From an uncultured delta proteobacterium (GTDB lineage Bacteria > Myxococcota_A > Polyangia > Fen-1088), in contig CAVWIP010000002.1 in the NCBI GenBank assembly GCA_963755125.1, positions 96,001 through 160,000 on the forward strand: a stretch of 64,000 nt of DNA, written 5' to 3'. The notes under the pieces were generated by a model that was given only the letters and a program-made list of their open reading frames with translations, did no database searches and was not told where the DNA came from. The translations under genes were made by a program, and so were the position numbers. Below are positions 27,450 to 36,267 of this stretch, in pieces; the stretch's first letter is position 1; each line of letters starts with the position of its first letter.

Positions 27450-28250
27450 TCACACAATCTTCTCAGTCGGGAAGGTAACACCTTTGTAGAGCGCCATCGG
27501 CTTGTCGACTTGGCGGTCGACTGGGGTATCGGCAACCGAGGCTTCCAGCCTGGCCGCGATGTCCTCGGGCGTGCCGTCGCGGAACAGGTCCATCAAGGCG
27601 TCGCCCGAAATCGAGTCCGATGATCCGTCGGTCGTCGCGTCCGCCGGGCTCGCGGCCGCATCGCCCGCAGCGTCCAGTTCAGTCACAGCCGCATCGGGTG
27701 TCGAGCCCGGCGCCACGTCGGGCGTCGAGCTTGGCGCTGAATCCGGCGCCAGACTTGTCGCCGTGTCGGGTGTCGGGGCCTTGTCAGTCAACTGGATCGC
27801 ATCGGCAGCCGTGGTGGGCGCGTCTGCTCCGCCGTCGGCGCGCGAGGTGGACGACGAGCAGCCCAGCGAGAAGCCCGCGGCCAGCAGCGCGATGCAAGCG
27901 AGCACGCTCGCGCTTTTTCCCACCGAGAAGCGGCGCATGGCCCCGGCAGCCGGCGTCTCGACACTGGCGCGCATGGCCCGCCGCAATTCGGCCACCAGCT
28001 CATTCACGCGCGACTGCGACAGGATCTCCGCGTCGGGCGCGGCCAGCACGCCACACGCGTCGGCCTGGATGGAATCGAGCAACGCGGCCAGATCCTCCCA
28101 CAGTCCTGCTTGTTCGCGCCGTTCGAAGAGCAAGCGGTAGAGGCGGTCCATCACCTCTTCCACGCTGGACCAAGGCGCCACCGCCTGGCCCGAGCGAGCG
28201 AGAAAGAGCCGGAGCTTCTGCGTGACCGTGAGTTCCATCGCCTTCGTCAT
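27450..28250 (-). CDS. Putative radical SAM substrate protein: N-terminal helical domain, internal signal/lipobox, acidic linker, C-terminal YKGV motif
   Basis: GGAGG RBS at 28256-28260; MRRFSVGKSASVLACIALLAAGFSLGC; D/A/T/P-rich linker; ends ALYKGVTFPTEKIV; 21 bp upstream of rSAM 1. Confidence 0.65.
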   Translation of the reverse strand: MTKAMELTVTQKLRLFLARSGQAVAPWSSVEEVMDRLYRLLFERREQAGLWEDLAALLDSIQADACGVLAAPDAEILSQSRVNELVAELRRAMRASVETPAAGAMRRFSVGKSASVLACIALLAAGFSLGCSSSTSRADGGADAPTTAADAIQLTDKAPTPDTATSLAPDSAPSSTPDVAPGSTPDAAVTELDAAGDAAASPADATTDGSSDSISGDALMDLFRDGTPEDIAARLEASVADTPVDRQVDKPMALYKGVTFPTEKIV

Positions 28251-28331
28251 CTTGCCCTCCAACACGTGACGCTACCACGACCACGAAAATCTGGGCAGCG
28301 GGTCAGCCCGGTCGTGTGACGGGCGTCACAC

Positions 28332-30335
28332 TCATTCACAGTGGATGGGGACTGCGACCCTCTTGCTGGTGAGCGCCGCATATTCCCCTTCGCCCTTCAT
28401 CTCCCAGCCGATGAAGCTGGGTTTGCCGTCGCAGAAAGCCGGGCCGTTGCCCTCGGCGGTGTCTTTGGGCGAGTCGAGCCGGATGTTCAGCGAGTAGAAA
28501 GGGTTCCTGTTGTTCAGGGCTTGCTCGGCGGTTTGGCCCTGGAAGAGATCCACTCTCAGCCGCGAGGTCTCGAAGCCCTTGGCACAGGCCTGCCAAGCCG
28601 GATCGACCTGGATGGTGAACCTGGCTTTCTTCTCGGAAAACGGTCCATAGTTCGCGGGCGTCTGGCCCTTCTTCCAGTCGAACGCCAGGGCCGTGCGCGT
28701 CTTGCCGGGGTCGAAAGGACAGCGACAGCCCTGGTGCTGCTCCAGCGAGCGCAGGACGAGCGTCTCTTTCGTGTGGTAACGCTCGGACATATCTTTCATT
28801 GGCCCCTTGAGGCACCAGCACAGCATCGCGTAGGCGTGATCCAGACCGGCAGCCTCGGTTTCCTCCAGCTTGTGCAGGCGCCGGTCCAGGTTGTCGCAAA
28901 AGTCCCGCCCTTTCTCGGTGACGGGCTCGCGCCCGAGCGCCTTGGCGAAACGCGCGGCCACGTGCTTTTGCACGTCCGGGCTGGCGTGTCGTTTCGCCTC
29001 GTCGAACACGGCATCCCACATGCGGCCATCGTACCATCCGCGCATGGCCTCGGGCAGCCTGGGTTCGATGCGCAGAAGGAACTCGGGATCGTCGATGGGC
29101 ATGAAGTGCTGGTACAGGTGGTTGAGCGCCCCGGGCTTGCTGGCCGCGGGCAGGGTCTCGTAGGCGAAGACCAGCCGCTTGAGGCGCAGCTCGTCCCCGC
29201 CGTGATCGCGGGCCGCCAGCAGATCCCTCAGGCAGCCCACGCAGGGGGTGATCTGGTGTGACTTGAGCACGTAGTCCCACTCTGGCGCCGTGACCTTGTC
29301 GTCGCTGGCGAAGAAGCTGGCGAGGCGACCGTCCTGCCCCATGAAGTTGCCCGTGCGATGGAGCGATTCGACCGGGTACAGCTTGCGAAGCAGGTCGCCG
29401 ATGGCCGTGGTGTCGGTCTTCATCTTCTTCAATTTCCACAGCATCGCGATGTTCACGTCGTCGGCGGCGCCGAAGCGGGCGCCGGGAGGACAGCGTTGCA
29501 TGGCAGCCAGAAGTCGCTGTACGCCTGCCGAGGTGTCGAGATCCTTGGCCCAGGCCGCGTCGTGGACCGAGAACACCAGGAAGCGATCGTGTACGTAGTC
29601 GCGCACTTTTTGGATGCGGCCAATCAGGGTCTTGGTCTGGCGCAGATCCTCGCGCATGCCCGCGGGCAGCCGCGTGTAGTACTCCCAGTCGCTGGATTCG
29701 AAGCGGATGGGATCCTTGGTCTCGAAGGAGTCGAGGCCGGCGTGCAGCTTGGCATCGAGTGCCATGATGGCCGGGGTGGGGCGGATGTCGATGCTCCGGC
29801 AATCGGTCAAGGCCCGATCGAGCGCGTCGCGTCTGACTTTAAAAGCCTCGGCGCTGTGGCCGCGCGCGCGGGCGTATTCGTCGATGTCGGTCTCGCAGCG
29901 CGCGGGATCCTCGAATTTCTCGTCGGCGTAGCGCGGGCACTCGGCTTCCTCGTCGGCCTTGGAATAGAACACCTGCACCCAGGCGCGGCAGCCTGACGGG
30001 CCGCAGTCCACGTTCTTGAACTTGATGGTGGGCTCGTTCTTGCGGATGCGACGGCAGCGCTCGGTCACCTGTCTCTCCATGCCAACGCCGGAGAGGGTCT
30101 CCTTGGTCTTGAGCACGGATTCGACCTCCACGCCACACACCTTGCAAATCTTGTCGTTGCAAACACCGAAGGCAGCGGCGAGCGCCGCCGCTTCGCTCGG
30201 ACCCGCGCCTTCGCAAGTGAAGGTATGGCCAGTCTTGTCAGCGGCGTCGGGCTGCTTGGCCCAATCAGGCTGCGCGATAGCAGGTTTTGCGAGGAGCAGG
30301 GGAACGAGCGAAAAGGAAAGGATGATGGGTCGCAC
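28332..30335 (-). CDS. Secreted Cys-rich hypothetical protein with LPP20-like N-terminal domain
   Basis: Start GTG 30335; signal peptide ending AIA; QPDWAKQP...CEGAGPSEAAALAAA; strong GC3 codon bias. Confidence 0.65.
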   Translation of the reverse strand: MRPIILSFSLVPLLLAKPAIAQPDWAKQPDAADKTGHTFTCEGAGPSEAAALAAAFGVCNDKICKVCGVEVESVLKTKETLSGVGMERQVTERCRRIRKNEPTIKFKNVDCGPSGCRAWVQVFYSKADEEAECPRYADEKFEDPARCETDIDEYARARGHSAEAFKVRRDALDRALTDCRSIDIRPTPAIMALDAKLHAGLDSFETKDPIRFESSDWEYYTRLPAGMREDLRQTKTLIGRIQKVRDYVHDRFLVFSVHDAAWAKDLDTSAGVQRLLAAMQRCPPGARFGAADDVNIAMLWKLKKMKTDTTAIGDLLRKLYPVESLHRTGNFMGQDGRLASFFASDDKVTAPEWDYVLKSHQITPCVGCLRDLLAARDHGGDELRLKRLVFAYETLPAASKPGALNHLYQHFMPIDDPEFLLRIEPRLPEAMRGWYDGRMWDAVFDEAKRHASPDVQKHVAARFAKALGREPVTEKGRDFCDNLDRRLHKLEETEAAGLDHAYAMLCWCLKGPMKDMSERYHTKETLVLRSLEQHQGCRCPFDPGKTRTALAFDWKKGQTPANYGPFSEKKARFTIQVDPAWQACAKGFETSRLRVDLFQGQTAEQALNNRNPFYSLNIRLDSPKDTAEGNGPAFCDGKPSFIGWEMKGEGEYAALTSKRVAVPIHCE

Positions 30336-30389
30336 ACCGCGAGCTTGCCGCGAGGAAGATGAGAAAGGAAGGCCCCACTCGAAGCAAGT

Positions 30390-30423
30390 GTCGTGGTCGT
30401 GGCCGTGGTCGTGGTCGACGGTG
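30390..30423. repeat. Intergenic G(T/C)CGTG hexamer tandem repeat
   Basis: GTCGTG GTCGTG GCCGTG GTCGTG GTCGAC; shares an exact 20-mer with 48816-48835. Confidence 0.7.
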
Positions 30424-30495
30424 ATTTCCCCACTATTGACGCCGGGGCCGCGCACCCGCACGATGTTGCCTAGCCAGTCGGAGGGAGGAAGAACC

Positions 30496-33400
30496 GTGCT
30501 CACACGCTCTCGGAAACTAGCTTTTCTTGTCTTGGCCTCGGTCATCCTGGCCGGGGCCGCCTGCCACAACCCGAACGCCGCCCACGTCGTGCAGGTGACC
30601 CCGCACGGCGAGGCCAAGCCCGAGGATCTCCGCGCCGGCGTGCGCATCAGTTTCGATCGCCCGGTGGTGGACGCCTCCGCGCTCGGCGCGCAACTCCTTC
30701 CGCCCCCGGTGGTGCTGACCCCGGGCGTGCCCGGCACGACGGTGTGGCTGGATCAGCAGACCCTGGTATTCACGCCCGCGCAGAAGCTGCAACCGTCCAC
30801 GCGCTATCAGGTCGCGCTGGCACCCGCGGCTCTGGGCAAGACGCTGGCACCAGTGGAGTCGTGGGCCGGCGACTCATTCGTATACGAACGCCTGCGCGTG
30901 CGGCACGTGACCTTCCCGGGGCCCGGGCCGCAGTTCCAAAGCACAGAGCCCGTGGTTCGGGTCGACTTCAGCGAGCCGGTCGATCCGGCCCAGGTGGCCA
31001 AAGGCTGCCGCTTCGTCGCCGAGCGGGGCAAGACCATCGAGGCCCGCGTGGGCGCGCCTGCTGCCGTCGGCGCCGAAGAATCGGAGGGCGACGCGCAGGA
31101 ATTCCAGCCGGGCAGGGCCATGCGGGTGCGACTGGCGCCGGTGGGGAAGCTGGAGCCGGGAACTGGCTACAAGCTGCACTGCCCGGCCGGCCTTTTGCCC
31201 ACGACGGGCAGTGAGGGCCTGGCCGAGGACATGGAGTCGGCATTCCAAACCTACGGCCCCCTGCGCGTGGTCAAGGTCAGTCCCGACGGCCACGACGTGA
31301 TTCCCGACGACGCGGTGGTGAAGGTCGAGTTTTCCACGCCGGTCGATCCCGAGCAGGTGCGCCAGCACGTCAAGCTGGACGTGGAGCGCGACAAGGGCAA
31401 GGCGCCGCCCAGCTTTGAAGCCAACGGGCTGCGCACGTTGTATTCATGGAAGGGCAATCTCGAACCCTCGACCTGGTACAATCTGGTGGTCGTCGGCGAG
31501 ATCAAGGACATCTTCGGCCAGAAGCTGGGGGCTGACGAAAGCCACGGTTTCCGGTCCGGCGACGGAGGGCCGCGCCTGAACGTGGAACGCGGCATCTACG
31601 CGGTCGAGCGCAGCAGCGGCAAGTATTCGGTGTGGACGCGCAATCTGCACGGGTTCAGCGTGACCTGCTCGCGCATCCCCGAGGCTAAGCTGGCCACCCT
31701 GCTGGCCGGCCCGGTGAACTTCGATTCCTGGTACGGCAGCGAGGACAAGCCGGTCGACTACCGTGCGCTGGGCGTGCGGCCGGCCTACCGGCGCATCAAG
31801 ACCACCGGATCGGTGAAGAACAAGTGGCACGACGACAGCCTGGCGCTGGCCTCGGTTTGCGGCGAATCGTCGTCGCCACCCGCGCCGGCGGGGCAGGGCA
31901 AGCCGGCGGCGGAATCCGCGGCTGCCGAGAGCGAAGCCCCGGCCGCAGCGCCGCAGGCCGGGCCGGCGCCCGGCGGCGTGTACCTGCTGGAGCTCGATTC
32001 GCGCGAACTGAAGCCCGAGGCGCGCGAACGGCCGCGCCGGGTTCTGGCCAACGTCACCGACCTGGGCTTGTTGGCCAAGGTGGGCGACGCCTCGTCGCTG
32101 CTCTGGGTGGTGCGGCTGTCCGATGGCCAGCCGGTGGCGGGCGCGACGGTGCGCATCCGCGATATCAAGGGCAGGGTGCGCTTCTCCGCCAGCAGCTCGG
32201 CCGAAGGCACGGTGGTGGCGCCCGGCGTGGCCACACTGGTGCAGGCGGCGCCCAAGGCACCGCAGGGCGACGGCGACGACCACAACGAAGCGTACGAGGA
32301 GTGGGACAGCCGCGGCGAGCGGCGCATGATCGTGACCGCGCAGACCGGAGACGATCTGGCGGTGCTCGATACCAACTGGTCGAGCGGCCTGCAGGTGTGG
32401 AACTTCGGCGTCAGCGAGGAGCACGGCGGTGGCGCCGTGCGCGTGCGCGGCTTCTTGCAGTCGGATCGCGGCCTGTATCGGCCGGGCGACACGGTTCACC
32501 TGCGCGGCTTGGTGCGCGCCATCGACCTGGCCGGCAAGATGCGCGTGCCCGCCAAGGCCAAGAAGGTGCACTTGCTGATCAAGGATCCGCGCGGCGCCAT
32601 CCTGGTCGACGAAGACGTGGCCTCCAGCGCGTTCGGCGGCTTCCACCGCGATCTGACCCTGGATTCCGAGGCGCGCCTGGGCGACTACCGGGTGCAGGGC
32701 GACGTGCTCGGGCAATCCTTCACCGACAAGTTCTCCGTTGAGGAATACCGACCGCGCACTTTCGAGGTCAAGCTGGACGCGGGCAAGAAGAACCTCTTCT
32801 TCGGCCAGAAGATCTCATTCAAGGTGGAGGCTGATTATCTCTACGGCGCGCCCTTGCGTGGCGGCAAGCTGAAGTGGGACATCCGCCGCCGGGCTCATAC
32901 GCCCAGCTTCCCTGAATTCGAACAGTACTCGTTTCAGGATCTGGTCACCCTGTGGGACGAGGGCGCGTACTGGTCGCGCAACGAGGAGCGCTCGTTCTCC
33001 TCGTTCGTGCAGGACGGCTCCATCGATCTGGACGACAAGGGCCAGGCGCGCGTTTCGGCTCGCGACGACGACAAGGATCTGGCCGGTCCACAGGACTACC
33101 TGATCGAGGCCACGGTGACCGACAGCCGCGGCGAGGCGGTGGGCGCGCGCCAGGCCCTGGTCATGCACCGATCGTCGCTTTACCTGGGCCTGCACACCGA
33201 GGAATTCGTGCAGAAGGCGGACGCGCCCTTTGCCATCCAGGCGGTTGCTCTCACGCCCGAGGGAAAACGCCGCGCGTCCCAGGGAGTGAAGCTCACCATC
33301 ACGCGTTCACGGTGGGACTGCACGGGCTTCGGTCACTGCGAGCGCAAGGTCGAATCCCCGGTGGTGACCCGCACCATCGACGTTCCCGAAACCGGAGCCG

Positions 33401-36267
33401 CGGTCGAGCGCGTGGAATTGCACCAGCCCGGCTCGTACGAGGTGAAGCTGCAGGCGGGCGACGGTCGCGGCGGCCAGGCCATCGCGTCCGACAGCATCTA
33501 CGTAGTGGGCAAGGGCGAGGCCTTCTGGAGCGGCGACGAGGGCGCGCGCATGACCCTGGTTGCGTCGCGGCCCAAGTACAAGAGCGGCGATACCGCCAAG
33601 CTGGTGGCCCAGGCCAACCTGCCGGGCGCGCTGGCTCTCATCACGCTGGAGCGCGATGGGGTGATGCGATATCAGGTCAAGCGGATGGAAACCAGCGGCG
33701 AGGCCATCGAGATCCCGGTGGAGGCGCGCTTCGCCCCCAACGTGTACGCGGCGGTCACGCTGGTGCGCGGCCGCACCGGCGAGGGCGAGAAAGGCAAGCC
33801 GCAGTTCAAGATGGGCATGGTGAACCTGGAGGTCGACAGCAGCGATCGCCGGCTGGCGGTTACGGTGGAGACCGACCGGCCGAGCTACCGGCCGGGCGAC
33901 ATGGTCAGCGCCACGGTCAAGGTTCGCAACGCCCAGGGCGCGCCGGTGAAGGCCGAGCTGGCGCTGGCGGCAGCCGACGAGGGCGTGCTGCAGATCGCGG
34001 GCTACAAGACCCCTGATCCCTTGCCCACGTTCTATCGAGCCTGGGGCCTGGGCGTGAACTCGTCCACCACCTGGAACCGCATCGCAACCACGCACGATCC
34101 GTCGCGCAGCAACGACGAGGAAGAAGAAGGCGAGGGCGGCGACGCCGGCGGGGAAGAGGCCGGGCGCATCCGCTCGCGCTTCATGGCCACGGCCTACTGG
34201 AACCCGGCCCTGGTCACCGCGGCCGACGGCACCGCGCACGTGACATTCACGGCGCCCGACAATCTGACCGCCTTCCGCGTGATGGCAGTAGCGGCCGACA
34301 GCGGCGAGCGTTTCGGCTCGGGCGAGAAGCGATTCGCGGTCAACAAGCTGTTGCAGGCCATGCCCGCGCTGCCGCGCTTCCTCACCATGGGTGATGCGCT
34401 CAATGCCACGGTGGTCGTGCACAACAACACCAAGGAGCCGGCCAAGGTCACAGTCAGCGCTGTGGCCACCGGCGGCGTGCGTTTTTCGGGCGAAACCTCA
34501 CAGGTCATCGACGTTCCCGCGAACGGAGCGGCGCCCGCGGTGTTCCCCGCCGTGGCCGAGGCGGAGGGCGAGGCCAGCTTCACCTTCCAGGCGCGGGGCG
34601 GCGGCGAAGCGGACGCGGTGCTGACCAAGTTGCCGGTCGAGCGGCCCAGCACAACGGAAACCACGCTGGTGGGCGAAGGCTCGACCGCCAAGCGCGCCGA
34701 GCACGCCTTGCCCAAGGTTGCGGGCGTGCTGCCTGGTCGCGGTCGCCTGGAGGTGGTGTTGGATACCACCGGGCTGTCGCGCCTCGATGAGGGACTCTCC
34801 TATCTGGTCGGGTACCCGTACGGCTGCCTGGAACAAACCACGTCCAAGGTGGTGCCCATGGTGGCGGTCGGCGATCTGGCGGCTTCGCTGGATCTGCCGG
34901 AAGTGAACCAGGCTACGCTCAAGCGCTTCGTGACCACCGGGATCGCCAAGATCCTGCGCCACCAGCACGAGGACGGCGGGTTCGGCCTGTGGATCGGCGC
35001 GCCCACCGAGGAGCACTACACGGCCTTTGGCTTGTGGGGGCTGGCGGTGGCCCGGCGTTCGGGCTGGGACGTGGACCGGGCCGCGCTGGACAAGGGCGCG
35101 CGCTGGCTGCGCAAGTCGCTGGCGCAGTCGAAGGACCAGGACGGCTATCATTATATGGGTGTGGCGGGCGCGCAGGCCTTTGCCCTGTACGTGCTGGCCG
35201 AGCTGGCGGCCGACAAGATCGGGCCGGGCCCTGACGCGGCCCTGCGGGACAAGCTGCTCCGTGAGCGCAGCAAGCTGCCGCGCTACGGGCGCGCTTTCTT
35301 GGCCCGTGCGCTGGCGCGCACGGACGTCAAGGACGTGGCCAAGATGGTCCTCGACGAGATTCTGGCCGAGGCAGGCGCGGGCAAGGGTCCGCTGGTGATC
35401 GGCGAAGGCCACGACACCGATCTGTCGTGGTACTGGAGCTCGGACACGCGCACTTCGGCCATCGTGCTGGGCGCGCTCATCGCACTCGATCCCAAGCACC
35501 CGGCGGTGGAACGACTGGCCGACGGCCTGCTGGCCGCGCGCAACCAGGGGCGCTGGGAGAACACGCAGGAGAATTTGTATTCGCTGGTGGCGCTGGCCGA
35601 TCTGGCGCGGGTGCGCGCGGCCAGCGGCGGCGCCAAGATCACGGTCACCGCCGGGGGCAGGTCGCTCTTCGCGGGCGCGCTCAAGGGCGCCGAGGTGAAG
35701 CGGCTGGCGGTTCCCAATGACGGGCGGGGCGCGGGCAGTCTGGTCATCGAGACCGACGGGGCTCCGGTGTACTACCTGGCGCGCCTGCACAGCGTGCGCG
35801 TCCTGGATCCCAGTGCCCGGCAGGCGGGGATGACGGTGGTGCGCGAGTATCTCGACGGTGAGAGCGGACGCCCTCTCGGCCAGGCCAAGGTCGGCCAACT
35901 GGTGAAGGTGCGGCTCAAGATCCAGTCGCAGTCGTCGCGCTCGCACGTGGCGGTGGTGGATCGCTTGCCCGCTGGCCTGGAGCCGGTGCTGGATCGGTTC
36001 AAGCCCAAGGACCAGGAAGAGGACGACGAGGGGCGCATTCATTGGTGGTGGATGGCCCGCGAGACGCGCTGGCAGAACCAGCAGCTTCACGACGATCGCG
36101 TGGAACTCTTTGCCGACGTGCTGGTGGCTGGTGAGACTACGCACGAGTACCTGACCCGCGCCATGAGTGCCGGCACCTTCACCGTGCCGGGCACGCTGGC
36201 CGAGATGATGTACAAGCCGACCGTGAATGGCCGCAGCGCCGGTGGCACGCTTCAGGTGGTTCGCTAG
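30496..36267 (+). CDS. Bacterial alpha-2-macroglobulin family lipoprotein
   Basis: GGAGG RBS, GTG 30496; lipobox GAAC; Ig-like domains, SDRGLYRPGD, VEEYRP, TAYWNP, APDNLT, thioester motif YPYGCLEQ, AEMMY. Confidence 0.93.
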   Translation: MLTRSRKLAFLVLASVILAGAACHNPNAAHVVQVTPHGEAKPEDLRAGVRISFDRPVVDASALGAQLLPPPVVLTPGVPGTTVWLDQQTLVFTPAQKLQPSTRYQVALAPAALGKTLAPVESWAGDSFVYERLRVRHVTFPGPGPQFQSTEPVVRVDFSEPVDPAQVAKGCRFVAERGKTIEARVGAPAAVGAEESEGDAQEFQPGRAMRVRLAPVGKLEPGTGYKLHCPAGLLPTTGSEGLAEDMESAFQTYGPLRVVKVSPDGHDVIPDDAVVKVEFSTPVDPEQVRQHVKLDVERDKGKAPPSFEANGLRTLYSWKGNLEPSTWYNLVVVGEIKDIFGQKLGADESHGFRSGDGGPRLNVERGIYAVERSSGKYSVWTRNLHGFSVTCSRIPEAKLATLLAGPVNFDSWYGSEDKPVDYRALGVRPAYRRIKTTGSVKNKWHDDSLALASVCGESSSPPAPAGQGKPAAESAAAESEAPAAAPQAGPAPGGVYLLELDSRELKPEARERPRRVLANVTDLGLLAKVGDASSLLWVVRLSDGQPVAGATVRIRDIKGRVRFSASSSAEGTVVAPGVATLVQAAPKAPQGDGDDHNEAYEEWDSRGERRMIVTAQTGDDLAVLDTNWSSGLQVWNFGVSEEHGGGAVRVRGFLQSDRGLYRPGDTVHLRGLVRAIDLAGKMRVPAKAKKVHLLIKDPRGAILVDEDVASSAFGGFHRDLTLDSEARLGDYRVQGDVLGQSFTDKFSVEEYRPRTFEVKLDAGKKNLFFGQKISFKVEADYLYGAPLRGGKLKWDIRRRAHTPSFPEFEQYSFQDLVTLWDEGAYWSRNEERSFSSFVQDGSIDLDDKGQARVSARDDDKDLAGPQDYLIEATVTDSRGEAVGARQALVMHRSSLYLGLHTEEFVQKADAPFAIQAVALTPEGKRRASQGVKLTITRSRWDCTGFGHCERKVESPVVTRTIDVPETGAAVERVELHQPGSYEVKLQAGDGRGGQAIASDSIYVVGKGEAFWSGDEGARMTLVASRPKYKSGDTAKLVAQANLPGALALITLERDGVMRYQVKRMETSGEAIEIPVEARFAPNVYAAVTLVRGRTGEGEKGKPQFKMGMVNLEVDSSDRRLAVTVETDRPSYRPGDMVSATVKVRNAQGAPVKAELALAAADEGVLQIAGYKTPDPLPTFYRAWGLGVNSSTTWNRIATTHDPSRSNDEEEEGEGGDAGGEEAGRIRSRFMATAYWNPALVTAADGTAHVTFTAPDNLTAFRVMAVAADSGERFGSGEKRFAVNKLLQAMPALPRFLTMGDALNATVVVHNNTKEPAKVTVSAVATGGVRFSGETSQVIDVPANGAAPAVFPAVAEAEGEASFTFQARGGGEADAVLTKLPVERPSTTETTLVGEGSTAKRAEHALPKVAGVLPGRGRLEVVLDTTGLSRLDEGLSYLVGYPYGCLEQTTSKVVPMVAVGDLAASLDLPEVNQATLKRFVTTGIAKILRHQHEDGGFGLWIGAPTEEHYTAFGLWGLAVARRSGWDVDRAALDKGARWLRKSLAQSKDQDGYHYMGVAGAQAFALYVLAELAADKIGPGPDAALRDKLLRERSKLPRYGRAFLARALARTDVKDVAKMVLDEILAEAGAGKGPLVIGEGHDTDLSWYWSSDTRTSAIVLGALIALDPKHPAVERLADGLLAARNQGRWENTQENLYSLVALADLARVRAASGGAKITVTAGGRSLFAGALKGAEVKRLAVPNDGRGAGSLVIETDGAPVYYLARLHSVRVLDPSARQAGMTVVREYLDGESGRPLGQAKVGQLVKVRLKIQSQSSRSHVAVVDRLPAGLEPVLDRFKPKDQEEDDEGRIHWWWMARETRWQNQQLHDDRVELFADVLVAGETTHEYLTRAMSAGTFTVPGTLAEMMYKPTVNGRSAGGTLQVVR

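Noticed and set aside
30016..30737. Overlapping N-terminal extensions of the 2083-aa and 801-aa ORFs
   Set aside because: Credible starts with signal peptides lie at 30496 (+) and 30335 (-); the extensions are antisense read-through in GC-rich DNA.
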